The notes: a model not told the origin generated them from the letters alone. DNA of 64,000 nucleotides from Gammaproteobacteria bacterium (GCA_038141925.1 JAYQJB010000002.1:152214-216213); one strand, 5' to 3'. Positions 44,549-54,896 are shown, numbered from the stretch's first letter. Translations and numbers: made by a program.

Positions 44549-44579
44549 AATGTGCATGCATAAGCATGCACATTTTTTT
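44549..44579 (+). terminator. Perfect 11-bp hairpin with T-tract on the + strand
   Basis: aatgtgcatgc-ataa-gcatgcacatt followed by ttttt. Confidence 0.6.
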
Positions 44580-44946
44580 AAGAAAGGCTTTCGCTTAAGA
44601 TTGGATCTGCTCCGAAGCGATTATCTCCAGTAGTGCCCGGTAAGCACATGAAAACAACAAAAACTAGTCCTCCAATAAAAGGAATAAATCCAATAAGAAC
44701 CCACCAGCCGCTTCTGTCTTGATCATGAAGCCGCCTAATTGCTACTGAAATACTTGGAATAATGATTCCCAATATAAATAATCCTGATAAAACTCCAATT
44801 CCAGATATTTCATCAAAGGTCCCTATCACAGCATCTATAAATCCTGTTACAAAGCCTCCAAGAAATGCGAATAGAAAAAACATCCAATATTCTTTTCTGC
44901 GTGCACGACCGTTAAAATCTGCATAGTTTTTTAATGCTTCAAACAT
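44578..44946 (-). CDS. DUF805 inner membrane protein (YhaH/YhaI family)
   Basis: YADFNGRARRKEYWMF, RRLHDQDRSGWW, N.FG.DP. Confidence 0.92.
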   Translation of the reverse strand: MFEALKNYADFNGRARRKEYWMFFLFAFLGGFVTGFIDAVIGTFDEISGIGVLSGLFILGIIIPSISVAIRRLHDQDRSGWWVLIGFIPFIGGLVFVVFMCLPGTTGDNRFGADPILSESLS

Positions 44947-44986
44947 AATTTTCTCCCAAAAGATTTTTCAATTATTACTCTCCTTA

Positions 44987-45039
44987 AAAGAGATTATCAA
45001 CAGGAAAAAGTATGTGCAATAAATTGATTCAGAACTTTT
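44987..45039. repeat. 53-bp direct repeat copy 2 (upstream of the DUF805 gene)
   Basis: aaagagattatcaacaggaaaaagtatgtgcaataaattgattcagaactttt. Confidence 0.9.
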
Positions 45040-45686
45040 TAAGTGAAGTCTTTGTAATCAAAATAATTGATACCCGCTTTTGCCTGCAAAGAGTTTTTAA
45101 CAACTGCTACAGAAAGCTTTTTTGCAGAAATGCTTCTAAATTTTCTTAAAGGTCCAATTAAAAAAGGATCAAAGATTAAAGATATTGCATCAGCCAAAAG
45201 TATATCCAACCTAAGCTTATTTCCTGTGAGGTGGCCCGGCTGAAAAATATTAATACTTTCAAAACCAAGTTTAATTATTTCCTCTTCAAGCATACCCTTA
45301 GTTTTAAGATAATAATTCCAGGAATTTGAATCAGCAGCTACCGCCGAAATAAGAGAAATATTTTTCGCACCTGCTTCTTTAGCTTTTTTGGCTATTTCCA
45401 GCTGATAAGTAAAATCTACTAAGAAGAAATCTTTTTTAAGATTTGTACTCATCAAGCCCATAACGTTGTGGTAAATCAAAGGATACCCCATAGAAAGATA
45501 AACATGATCAATATCCGAAAAGCTCAGTTGCTCAAGATTGTCAAAATCAATTAACAATTCTTGTGAGTCGCCTGGCAGGTTAGGAACAGCCTTTCTGCCC
45601 AACGCTAATGTTGGGCTTTTGTTAATACCTAATTCTATGAGAATGTTGTTTCCCAGAAATCCAGTTGAACCTGCAAGTAAATTCAT
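45039..45686 (-). CDS. NAD(P)-binding oxidoreductase (YraR/TIP30-like)
   Basis: AGSTGFLG, F..VDF.Y, SAVAAD..S.NYYLKTKG, QPG.L. Confidence 0.8.
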   Translation of the reverse strand: MNLLAGSTGFLGNNILIELGINKSPTLALGRKAVPNLPGDSQELLIDFDNLEQLSFSDIDHVYLSMGYPLIYHNVMGLMSTNLKKDFFLVDFTYQLEIAKKAKEAGAKNISLISAVAADSNSWNYYLKTKGMLEEEIIKLGFESINIFQPGHLTGNKLRLDILLADAISLIFDPFLIGPLRKFRSISAKKLSVAVVKNSLQAKAGINYFDYKDFT

Positions 45687-45689
45687 TTT

Positions 45690-46091
45690 TTAATGCGTAA
45701 AAATTATTCCTAAAGCTGGAATGATCAAACCAAAGAAACCAATAAAGGTTAATGACATGCCGCCAATTCTTAAATATCCGTTTTTCTTCATAAATGAAAA
45801 CGCTACCCCATGCATGAGCCTGCCCAAAGTAAAAATGATTCCACAAACGTAAAGTAATGTTTTTGATGCATCGCTTAATTCAAGAGCCAGCATTAAAATC
45901 AAAAACAAAGGGGCGTATTCGATTAGATTACCATGCCCTCTGATGGCTCGTTCTAAATCTTGTGGATCGATTTGTCTGTCGGGTTTATGAAACGACTTAG
46001 TAACTGGACTGCCCCTTAAGTCCAGAACTCTTACCGCGAGAATTATCATAAATAGCGATAGGACTATTGTGAAAATAAGCGTTACTTCCAT
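45690..46091 (-). CDS. MAPEG family protein (YecN-like)
   Basis: RAIRGHGNLIEYAP, GRLMHG. Confidence 0.85.
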   Translation of the reverse strand: MEVTLIFTIVLSLFMIILAVRVLDLRGSPVTKSFHKPDRQIDPQDLERAIRGHGNLIEYAPLFLILMLALELSDASKTLLYVCGIIFTLGRLMHGVAFSFMKKNGYLRIGGMSLTFIGFFGLIIPALGIIFTH

Positions 46092-46095
46092 TTAG

Positions 46096-46569
46096 TTACT
46101 TCCAATCAAGGTTGTATTCATCTTTGTATTTGCGGTAAATCCTTCTACAAGGATATCCTATAAGAAAGCCGTTTTTGTCGTCTTTCCACTCTGTTGAATT
46201 TTCTTCAGATTTTATAGCGAAGTATTCTTTCTGTCCCATGCCGTTTTGAAAAGCAACCTTTTCTATGGTTTTTGATTTTAAATTTTTGCAATCAGCTAAA
46301 ATATACTCTTTCACAGAACCAATTTCGCCATCCATTTTTGGCTCAAAATGCTCCAATAACCAAAAACTTACAAGTCTGTCATCTCTTAATTTGATTGAGT
46401 CTTTGTCTACAAAAATGATTGACCCAAATTCTTTGTCATAGGTATGAATAACAAACAAAGATTCCGAAGTCCCCATTCCAGAAAAAGCGTAAATTACTAG
46501 TAGTACAATTTTGTAAAAAGCTTTTTTAAAATAAATTAAGAAAGAGTTTATAGATTCCCTGCTGATCAT
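46096..46569 (-). CDS. Hypothetical exported protein (possibly surface-adhesin E-like fold)
   Basis: N-terminal hydrophobic stretch; FVDKDSI..W..ADC..C pattern. Confidence 0.55.
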   Translation of the reverse strand: MISRESINSFLIYFKKAFYKIVLLVIYAFSGMGTSESLFVIHTYDKEFGSIIFVDKDSIKLRDDRLVSFWLLEHFEPKMDGEIGSVKEYILADCKNLKSKTIEKVAFQNGMGQKEYFAIKSEENSTEWKDDKNGFLIGYPCRRIYRKYKDEYNLDWK

Positions 46570-46745
46570 TTATTTATAGGGCTTGTAAATAGTTCTATAA
46601 AAGCCCAAACAAAATAAACCGGGAGAAGAAAAATTATGCAAAGAATTGCTACAACAGGCTGCCTTTTAAAAGTTTTAATTACTCCTTTGATCAAAAGCAA
46701 AAGAACAACAAAACCAACGATAAAAATAAGAGTCAAATCATCCAT
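46566..46745 (-). CDS. 59-aa membrane protein (absent from ORF track)
   Basis: MDDLTLIFIVGFVVLLLLIKGVIKTFKRQPVVAILCIIFLLPVYFVWAFIELFTSPINK; stop overlaps the next ATG. Confidence 0.7.
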   Translation of the reverse strand: MDDLTLIFIVGFVVLLLLIKGVIKTFKRQPVVAILCIIFLLPVYFVWAFIELFTSPINK

Positions 46746-46757
46746 AAAATTCTTTAT

Positions 46758-47957
46758 CTAGTTTTTAAAACGCTTGCCTCTTTCTTTTGCTAATTTAAAG
46801 GCAGCATTGGTTTCAGCTTCAACCTCATCACGATGTTGTTGTCTTAACTCAGCATATTCTGCAGCCCACCAGCGTTTGGTAACTTGGGGAAAAGTTCCCA
46901 TTCTGTTCACACTTGCATTAGCTCCGCGATCGCGACCTTGCTCATAGCCTGCAGCACCAACATGATCAACATTTGATTTGCCAAAAGGAATAAGATCGCC
47001 TTCCATTTTAGGAATTAAAAAATAAGGCATTGAAACTCTTGTTTCTCCTTCAGGAATCAAAGTTGTGTTAACGCGATGAAGAGTTGCGGAATATTTTCCC
47101 TCGCTCAAATGCATTAAAGTACCGCCAGTATTTACTATCACTGATCCAGGAATCACAGGAACATGGTAATCTCCAGGTGCAGTTCTACAGGTAACAGGAG
47201 CGTCAATCCAATTGCCCTCAGCGGCAACTACTTGCAAGCCAGGCTTGTCGTTTATTAGCAATGCTATGAAAGGAGGTCCATCGATATGCGCCCCTACTTT
47301 ATTGCTTTTAAATTTTTTGTATTCGTCTATGATTTTTTGTTTATCTTCTTCTGCGTAAGCAGATAAGCTGTAGTTATGATTCAAGCTGGCAGCAAGATCA
47401 GGATCTTTAAAATCAAAATATTCATGAAATGCCGAAACATCCTGACCTAGAGACTCAACTATTGCCTCGCCTAGCAAATGAGTCAGGCGATGATAACGCC
47501 CATTTAAGTCATCTATTAGAGGCTTGAAACCTGGGAAAGATTTAGCATCCGGCCAAGTATTAGGTCCTCGAAAAAGACGTCGATGGATTGGCTGAGTCTT
47601 GTCATCGTATTCGCACAAAGGTTCTTGCTCAAAAGCATATTGAAAAGCCTCAATGACTTGCCCAAAATTGCTAACAGCCGGGTTGGGCAGGCTGTAACCT
47701 CTAAAATAAGGTGTTTTAGCTATATAGGCGGTTTTCTTTAATTCTCTGGAAGATTCAAAAAAACCTCTCACCTCTTTAAAAGCACCTTGTTGAAACTCAT
47801 CAGAGAATCCAGGTGCATTCGTCAAAACCATAAAGCCAAATTCAGAAAGAGCGTAAGAAAGATCATCAAAGAATTTTTCTGGATTTGCTTCTTTATCGAG
47901 CCAATCAACTTTAGGGAGTTCTAGATTATTTTTTTGGTTTTTTGTAACTGCCGACAT
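46758..47957 (-). CDS. Isopenicillin N synthase-family 2OG-Fe(II) oxygenase
   Basis: FRGY, GPNTWP, H-x-D (AHID), PGLQV, ATLHRV, RVS. Confidence 0.85.
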   Translation of the reverse strand: MSAVTKNQKNNLELPKVDWLDKEANPEKFFDDLSYALSEFGFMVLTNAPGFSDEFQQGAFKEVRGFFESSRELKKTAYIAKTPYFRGYSLPNPAVSNFGQVIEAFQYAFEQEPLCEYDDKTQPIHRRLFRGPNTWPDAKSFPGFKPLIDDLNGRYHRLTHLLGEAIVESLGQDVSAFHEYFDFKDPDLAASLNHNYSLSAYAEEDKQKIIDEYKKFKSNKVGAHIDGPPFIALLINDKPGLQVVAAEGNWIDAPVTCRTAPGDYHVPVIPGSVIVNTGGTLMHLSEGKYSATLHRVNTTLIPEGETRVSMPYFLIPKMEGDLIPFGKSNVDHVGAAGYEQGRDRGANASVNRMGTFPQVTKRWWAAEYAELRQQHRDEVEAETNAAFKLAKERGKRFKN

Positions 47958-48018
47958 ACTTATCCCATTCGATGAAAATCAATTTAATTCTAAACAAATT
48001 ATCAGTTTTTAAGCAAGC

Positions 48019-48897
48019 TTAAGGTCTTTTGTAGGCAGGGTCATAGGCATTCATTATATCTTGGGCAATGATATGCAAGTCAGTCTGAAAACCCGTATTG
48101 TAAGTATTGTTAGTCAAATTAACTTTATAGATGCTGTTCAGCCAAATTAAGGTTCCAGCATTGATGATGATATCCCCTTGGTGACCTTTCTCATCTGTGT
48201 ACAGCGAAAGTTGCTTTCGCTCCGCGAAATGCAATAGTGTCTAAAAGCAAATTATCCTGCCACATTTGAGTCAACTTAAGAGAAGCTAGTCCGGTAGGAA
48301 TAGAAAAAAGGTGGTGTTAGGAAATCTAACTCTCAAGGCGTCTAAAAGGGTATCGTTACTGAAATCATTAACCCACCAATCAAACAAAGCATTGATGTCT
48401 GCATAGCCATTTTCTGTTGCCCTTTGTGGCCAGGTCTCTGGAAAATCAATTTGCGGTATTGCTATAAATACGATTATGTTTGGGTTATTCGTCAAAGCAT
48501 AATTTATCCATTCTTCGTATCCATCAAGAAGAGTATTTGGATCGTTTGGATCATCATAAGGCGTAGAGACCATGCCAAACATATCTATGCTGCCCCTATC
48601 TAAGACGGACTTTACTTCAGCACTTGCACTGGCTTCATTCCATAAATCCAATGGTCTGCCATTGTCACCGCCGCGAAAAACGACATTAGCATTGTGAGCG
48701 GTGTAGCCAGCATCAACAGCTAATTCGCCAAGCTTTTCCGCATAAGGTCTGAAAAAACTATTCCCCATCAACATCATGTTGAGGCCTCCCAATGAAGGAG
48801 GGTTAGGTTGTGGAGCTGGATTTCCTCCACCAGAACCCGAGCCTCCACAAGAGAGCACAGATATTGCTAGCAGAAGAGAAAAAGTAAAGCTCTTCAT
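48019..48897 (-). CDS. Hypothetical lipoprotein, SGNH-like (indels)
   Basis: Lipobox VLS-C, Gly/Pro linker, MGNSFF block, later D..GH. Confidence 0.65.
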
Positions 48898-48913
48898 CTA
48901 CGGAAAGAAAAAG

Positions 48914-50083
48914 TTAAATACTTAAATCTTCTAAATTGTAGTCGATTAAATCCTGACGGGCTTTTTCATCCCAGAGGTAAGTTATACCGCTTTTGAGAAA
49001 GGGTTTGTATTCATAGGGTTTTTCGTCTTTATATTTTGCTTTCCTAGCTTCAATTGCATAACCAATAGATTTGGACCTTCTGTTTATGGTTTCTTCATCA
49101 AAGACTTGTGCCTCGCTGTGAATGCCGCCTCCTTTGGTACCTAAAACGGATGATCTTTTATGAAAGCCAAAGTTTACTGTTACTCTTTTTTCAAAACCGC
49201 AGTTAGGAAACGAGCCATGCAAAAGCTGTCTGTTGCACATCACAACATCGCCTGGATTGCAGATCATGGGAACAGCGCCTTTTAATCTTTCACTTCCTGC
49301 TTCAGCAACCAGCTTTTTAATATCAATTTTGCCATCTTTGTGAGTACCAGGCAGAACCCATACTCCGTTTACGGCGGTACTGCCATAAACCTGTGCCATG
49401 AAATTAAAACCATGGATATCTTCATTAAAGTCTTCGCTGTCCCAATGAGTTACCCCATCTTGATGCCAAGAAACTGCAGCCCCCACTCCAGGTTCTTTAA
49501 TGAATAAAGCTTCGTTGAATGGAGCAAAATCTTCTCCGTTGATGGATTCTGCAACTTGTAAAAGTTTTGGATGAGCATAAGTTCGAAGGCAGGCATCGGA
49601 AAATTGCAAGGTGCCTAATAAAATAACCGGTACAGCTTGAGGGGCATCAGCTGCGGCTTCAGGCTCAAAAAGTTTTACTTGGTGCCTGCCATTCGCCAAC
49701 TCGGTTCCGCCTAGAGGATCGCCTAAAGGTTTTGACCAAACTAAAGTTAATGCCTTGGAATCTGCGTTAAAAGCAGGCTTACCGTTAGAGTCTAAGGTTG
49801 TCTCTGGTCCAGCAGGAAAATTTTCTCGCAATTGCTCAAGATCTTCTTTGATGTCTTCAAGTTCATTGGCGTCAATTACATTTTCAAATATGTAAAAACC
49901 ATTTTTTGAATATGCTTCTCGAATTTCTTTAGAGAGTTTGCCGTTTTCATCAAATTTAATAGGACCTCTATTTCCTAACTCCAAAGCCCTTTTTTCTCCA
50001 TCTAGCAAATAAGCTTCCATCTCATCTGCATTTTCCCCATAGTAAGCTGCACAAGCTTTTATTGAACGAGTTGAATCAATCAT
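48914..50083 (-). CDS. Phytanoyl-CoA dioxygenase (PhyH) family protein
   Basis: FIKEPG..WHQD, PGTH, LHGSFPN, R-x-T. Confidence 0.85.
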   Translation of the reverse strand: MIDSTRSIKACAAYYGENADEMEAYLLDGEKRALELGNRGPIKFDENGKLSKEIREAYSKNGFYIFENVIDANELEDIKEDLEQLRENFPAGPETTLDSNGKPAFNADSKALTLVWSKPLGDPLGGTELANGRHQVKLFEPEAAADAPQAVPVILLGTLQFSDACLRTYAHPKLLQVAESINGEDFAPFNEALFIKEPGVGAAVSWHQDGVTHWDSEDFNEDIHGFNFMAQVYGSTAVNGVWVLPGTHKDGKIDIKKLVAEAGSERLKGAVPMICNPGDVVMCNRQLLHGSFPNCGFEKRVTVNFGFHKRSSVLGTKGGGIHSEAQVFDEETINRRSKSIGYAIEARKAKYKDEKPYEYKPFLKSGITYLWDEKARQDLIDYNLEDLSI

Positions 50084-50129
50084 AGTTGTATCTTTTTGTT
50101 TTAATAAATTAATTTCGAGAATTGTATCT

Positions 50130-51590
50130 CTAAATGGCTCCAGATTGAATGATTCTTATATAAGATCTGATTCCATTTAGAAAATCTTCTTTATTGATGC
50201 GTTCATCAATTCCATGTAAACCGCTTAGCTCGCTTGCAGATAATGGAAAAGGGTTAAATCGGTATGAATTTTTAGCTGCTTTGCCATAATGTTTTGAGTC
50301 AGAACCGCCTACCATTAAGCCCGGAGCTACAATAATGTCGCCATAAACTTCTCTCACTGAATTACTGATTACCCTGTATCCATCAGTGTCCCAATCAGAC
50401 ACAGAGCTTGCCAAAGTTCCTGCGCTAAGTTTTTTCACTTCGATATTTTCGTTGCCAATTAAATCATTAACAAAGTTAATAATGGTTTCTGGGTTGTCTC
50501 TTGGATGGAGTCTAAAATTAACTGTTCCTTTCGCCTCGCTTGCAAGCACATTAATTCGATTACTGGCCGATAACATTGTTGGGGCTGTAGTGGTTCTTAT
50601 TACAGCATTCATGGTTGGGCTATTGGAAAGAAAACTGTTTATTACTGGCTCAAATAACCATAAGTTCGCAAATAAAATTTTATATTGAAAAGGCATTTGC
50701 TTGCTGACTTCATCAAAAAGGCCTAGAGAAATACCTTCCAGCTTTCCAGGAATGGGATTATCCTCAAGCTTCAGTAAAGCTTCAGCCAAATATCCAATAG
50801 ATGAATTAGAGGAAGGCATGGATGAGTGGCCGCCTTCTGCTTTACCAATAACCTCAATGGTTAAACTGCCTTTTTCAGCGACATTAATAACTGCAACAGG
50901 TTTATCGACTCCAGGAATGATGTCTTTGAGCAAGAAAGAACCTTCGTCTAAAGTCCATTCAAGTTCAACTCCTTGATTGATAAGAAATTCAGCAACTTTT
51001 CCTGCGCCCCTTCTGCCACCAATTTCTTCATCATGGCCAAAACTCAAATAAATTGTTCTGTTGGGGACAAAGTCTTGAGTTAACAAATAATCAACGGCTT
51101 CCAAAATTGCGATGACACCACTTTTATCATCTAGAGCACCTCTGCCCCAGACATATTCATCATCGATTTTTCCTGAGAAAGGATTTTCTTGCCAGATTGA
51201 GTTTGCATCCTCTCTAACAGGAACCACATCATAATGACCTGTCAGCAAAATAGGATCTAATCTTGGATCTTCCCCTTTCCATTTTAATAAAAGCGTCTCG
51301 CCGAGGTATTTTTTTTCTAAATTTTCAAAAACTTGAAAGTATTCTTCTTCGAGCCAAGAAAGGAATCTTTGAAACTCATCGTAATCAAATTTTTCATAAT
51401 CGGGATGAGATATGGTTTCAAACTGTATTGATCTAGAAAGGTTATTAATTGATTTTGTTTCATCAAAAATTATTGGCTCACTAATTTGAGCTTGTTAAGC
51501 ATCTGGCTGATGCAAATAAGCTCTAAGCAAAACGATTAAAACCAGTATCAAAAATATAGCAAAAGCATATTTAAGAATTTTGATTACCAT
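50130..51590 (-). CDS. M20 family peptidase/amidohydrolase (carboxypeptidase S / PM20D1-like); in-frame TAA near 51495
   Basis: GHYDVVP, WGRGALDDK, HDEEIGG, DEG, GGHSS, GGSD, HGIDER; N-terminal TM in frame from ATG 51590. Confidence 0.88.
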
Positions 51591-51595
51591 AATTA

Positions 51596-51931
51596 TTATT
51601 TATCTCTCAATAACATTAATTTTATGTCTCCTTTGCAAACATAACTTAAGTAAATGAGATAGAAAGCTAAATATGGCGCTCCAAGAAAAAAAGCTCCAAT
51701 CCCAAGCGCGATTCCTTGCAAAGAGAAATTGTTTCGCCAACAAGTCCAAAAAGCTGATAATAAAAGAAAGGCTAAAAAATCTGTATTAAATTGTCCTTGC
51801 CAACTCATACTTAGGATTTCACCAAAAAAAGATGGGAATAAAGTGAAAAGTCCATCGCTTTGAATGACAGGAATTGTATAAACAATCACCATTAAAGCTA
51901 TAAATCCGAGAAAAAATCTAAAAAGCATCAT
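51596..51931 (-). CDS. Hypothetical membrane protein
   Basis: 111 aa with WQGQFNTDF..W..WR motif, 3-4 TM. Confidence 0.7.
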   Translation of the reverse strand: MMLFRFFLGFIALMVIVYTIPVIQSDGLFTLFPSFFGEILSMSWQGQFNTDFLAFLLLSAFWTCWRNNFSLQGIALGIGAFFLGAPYLAFYLIYLSYVCKGDIKLMLLRDK

Positions 51932-51999
51932 AATTAATTCCTTAAGTTTGTTATTTCGAGAAAAGTCTCCATTGCTGAACTCTATCAGTTGCGCTTAAA

Positions 52000-52970
52000 A
52001 CGCCATAACCAGGATCCATATCTCCAGCTACAGAAACATGAACACTTTCTTCATTTATGTCTCCACAAAATAAAACATCATAATTTCCGTTCTCTCTAGA
52101 TTCTCTTGATGGACCTTCACCAGGTTTTGGTGCATCGCTTAAATGGGTTTGGATGAAGAAATAAATTTCTGCTGCAGCTTTCACCTTCATCACCTGAACC
52201 CATAACCCACATTTCGTTGTAACAAAAATCCTCACCATACATATGATTCATCAACATATTAGATCTGTGCACATTTTTAGTGTTAATTGGTGCCATAAAA
52301 AATGGAGCTACCCATGTATCTAATTTTTCATCAAGAATAGGCTTGTTGTCAGCTGGTTGCTCAGGTCCAGTAAAACCATCTGAAAGTGCAAATGGGTTAG
52401 CTAAAACTGCAAAAAGTTCAGGCTTTTCTTTTAGGGCTGCCATAGTGGCACCAAGGGATGCAGCAGTACCTCCAGAAAATTCACCATTCATTCCTCTAAC
52501 TCTGCCTCTAACATTTGAAGAGGGTTTACCATATCTATTTTATAACTTCATTTTGTAAAAATAGAACGCCTAAATCAAAAGGAATACTATCAAATCCACA
52601 TGAAAAAACTATTCTTGATCCAGATTCTTTTGCCACATCACTCAGCTCATTAATTTTTTCATGCATCCATCCAGGTTCACCACATAAATCGACATAATCT
52701 GTTCCAGATTTTGCACATGCTGCAACGATATCATTGCCATATAGCTGATATGGACCAACAGTGGTTAAAACACATTTTGTTTTTGAAACCATTTCTTCAA
52801 TGCTTGCAATATCATTACTATCAACCACTAATAGCCCCGTATCTTCAGGAACATTTTTAGATGCAGCAACTGATTCTAGTTTTTCGAGATTTCTACCCGC
52901 TAAAGCCCAACTAATTTCAGAATTATTGCTATATTTTTCTACTAGATATTCAACAACTAATTTACCAGTT
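52000..52970 (-). pseudogene. Saccharopine dehydrogenase-like / trans-acting enoyl reductase, internal fragment
   Basis: TGKLVVEYL, WALAGR, TTVGPYQLYG, YVDLCGE, SCGFDSIPFDLG, SGGT, DPGYG; lacks the N-terminal GATGF start and the C-terminus after DPGYG. Confidence 0.75.
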
Positions 52971-54090
52971 CGGAATCAATTACGCCAAGCAAAGTACCTA
53001 ATGAGAGCATGAAATTTTCGATACCTAATTCTATTTCTGTTGAGCGGACAGCTATCGATGGCTTCGAAGATTGCTTGAAATCACCTGCCTGAAAAGCCTC
53101 GATGACGCTGTTTGCTAAGCTATATCCATACGCGCGCGCTTTATCATGACTTGGTTTCGTGAGCATTTTTTCTAAAACAGGATCGTATATTGGATCGGTT
53201 GGCCCTGAAGTCATTAAGCCTCCTATGTTTCCTGTAAGCCATAAAGTGGTTCCGCCAAGTCCAGTTCTAATTAGCTGGTCGTCATAGTAAATACCCTCGC
53301 TTATGCCTCTTCTTAAGTAGCCTGCAACATCAGCAGTTAATTCTAGATTTTTATCCCATGTAAGTTCGACATGAATTCCAAAGTTAATTAGCGAGCCAAT
53401 AATTGAGCCATCAGGTCTATTAAACAAAATTGCTCTGATGTCATCGTCTATCACGATGGGCTTTCTTTTGTCTTTGATAGGCGTGAGAGGGTTAGTCGGA
53501 ATTAAAGCCAAGCTCATTTCTGCAGGCTCCAAGTTATCTATAGCTACTTTTAAGGAGCGTATGAAAGCTGTTTTGAGCTGCTCCATATAACCTTCATCAA
53601 CGCCGCTCTTTAAAAAGCCCGGGCCCCAAAGACCTTGGGTATCTGGGCCCTCATGATTATGAGTGGCATGCACCATGATGTAATCTAGCCCCCACTCTGT
53701 CGGAACATCCTCACGCACACTGAGTACAAATTTTCTCATTAGCCCTATAGTGTCAGCACTAATTATTCCTACCCGAGTCTGACCGTCATCGATCACAGCA
53801 GTTACCGCCATGAGGTCATCTTTAACTCCTTGCGCAGCTCGTTTATTTTGAAACCCTGCCATCCATACGGCATCAAATTTGTTGTTGCCATTCACATCAG
53901 TCCATCTATCAATATCCGAATCAAATTGAGCGTCGTTATTTATATCTTCCCATTCATCGATTAGCTCAGGAGTAATTGAAAGCTCAGCAAACCCAACTTT
54001 AAATTCGTTTGCATAAATTTGAGAAGCCAAAAAAATACTTAACATTATAAAAATGTATAGCTTGTATTTTGTAAAACTGTTTAATATCAA
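52957..54090 (-). CDS. Neutral/alkaline ceramidase-like protein, apparently C-terminally truncated
   Basis: VGFAELSITP, WMAGF, GVKDDL, HATHNHEGPDT.GLWG, NFGIHVE, TAD; ends where it meets the saccharopine dehydrogenase fragment. Confidence 0.7.
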   Translation of the reverse strand: MILNSFTKYKLYIFIMLSIFLASQIYANEFKVGFAELSITPELIDEWEDINNDAQFDSDIDRWTDVNGNNKFDAVWMAGFQNKRAAQGVKDDLMAVTAVIDDGQTRVGIISADTIGLMRKFVLSVREDVPTEWGLDYIMVHATHNHEGPDTQGLWGPGFLKSGVDEGYMEQLKTAFIRSLKVAIDNLEPAEMSLALIPTNPLTPIKDKRKPIVIDDDIRAILFNRPDGSIIGSLINFGIHVELTWDKNLELTADVAGYLRRGISEGIYYDDQLIRTGLGGTTLWLTGNIGGLMTSGPTDPIYDPVLEKMLTKPSHDKARAYGYSLANSVIEAFQAGDFKQSSKPSIAVRSTEIELGIENFMLSLGTLLGVIDSELVN

Positions 54091-54573
54091 AAATTACTTC
54101 TCTTCTTTTTTTGTTTAAAGAGTAAGGTTGTCACCATTAAAATTGAGATTATAAGCAAAGCAAATTTAATGAGAGTTAGAGATGCTTTTAATAATAAAAG
54201 AGTGTTGGTAATGAGCAAATTCAAAAGTACTACTTGATTTATACCTTCGGCGAGATCAACAAAAATTAAGATAAGAGGAATAAATATCAATTTCTTGTTG
54301 GAAGAGAGTCTGGATACTAAACCAACAAAAAAAAAGTCCATAGGCTAAAGGATAGATCACATCTAAAGTTAATGTAGCGATGGTGTGCATACGCAACATT
54401 TCAGCGCTCATGGAATTAATGATATTTGTAACTTCAAGCGGATAATAAAATGCATCCAAAAATTCAAAACCAAATTTTTTTGAAATAAATGGAAACAATG
54501 CCGTACAAATCAATGATATTGCGAAGAGCAAGGAAAGAAGTAAATTGGTTTTTAACTGATCCAAGATTTTCAT
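54087..54573 (-). CDS. Hypothetical membrane protein (frameshift near 54330)
   Basis: H...T.TLDVIYPLAYG then DLAE motif, typical of a 4-TM family. Confidence 0.65.
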
Positions 54574-54595
54574 AGAAAATTATTTAAACCTGCGC

Positions 54596-54624
54596 TCAAA
54601 TATATTCCGCCGTGACTGACTTGG
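54596..54624 (-). repeat. glmS 3'-end remnant (att-like copy D)
   Basis: Minus strand CC AAG TCA GTC ACG GCG GAA TA = K-S-V-T-A-E; 54596-54616 matches 55306-55326 at 17/21. Confidence 0.7.
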
Positions 54625-54644
54625 AAAAAACAGAAATGTGATTT

Positions 54645-54839
54645 TTATCCATAATTATCGGAGAAATATTTTTCTCTATCCTCTTTATTCATGCCAACTG
54701 TGTCATTCATAAAATTATTTCTGTCTTCTCTAGATTTAAAGACCCATATGCAAACCGTGTCCTGTGAATGATAGATTGCTTTTAGTTCATCATCTATTTC
54801 ACAGATTTCTTTTGGGATTTCTGTCTTAATACAAATCAA
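54645..54839 (-). CDS. 64-aa hypothetical protein (cassette gene)
   Basis: GAGGA RBS plus TTG start; CEIDDELKAIYHS..CIWVF..R.DRN.F. Confidence 0.65.
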   Translation of the reverse strand: MICIKTEIPKEICEIDDELKAIYHSQDTVCIWVFKSREDRNNFMNDTVGMNKEDREKYFSDNYG

Positions 54840-54848
54840 CGCTTCCTC

Positions 54849-54863
54849 TTACTCTACTGTAAC
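54849..54863 (-). repeat. glmS 3'-end remnant (att-like copy C)
   Basis: Minus strand GTT ACA GTA GAG TAA = V-T-V-E-stop in a 57-bp intergenic spacer. Confidence 0.7.
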
Positions 54864-54896
54864 GATTATAAAAATACTTGTGCTTATCTTTCATTG

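Noticed and set aside
52947-52960. Further glmS-end remnant (minus strand GTT GTT GAA TA)
   Set aside because: It is the coding sequence VVEY of the saccharopine dehydrogenase-like fragment.
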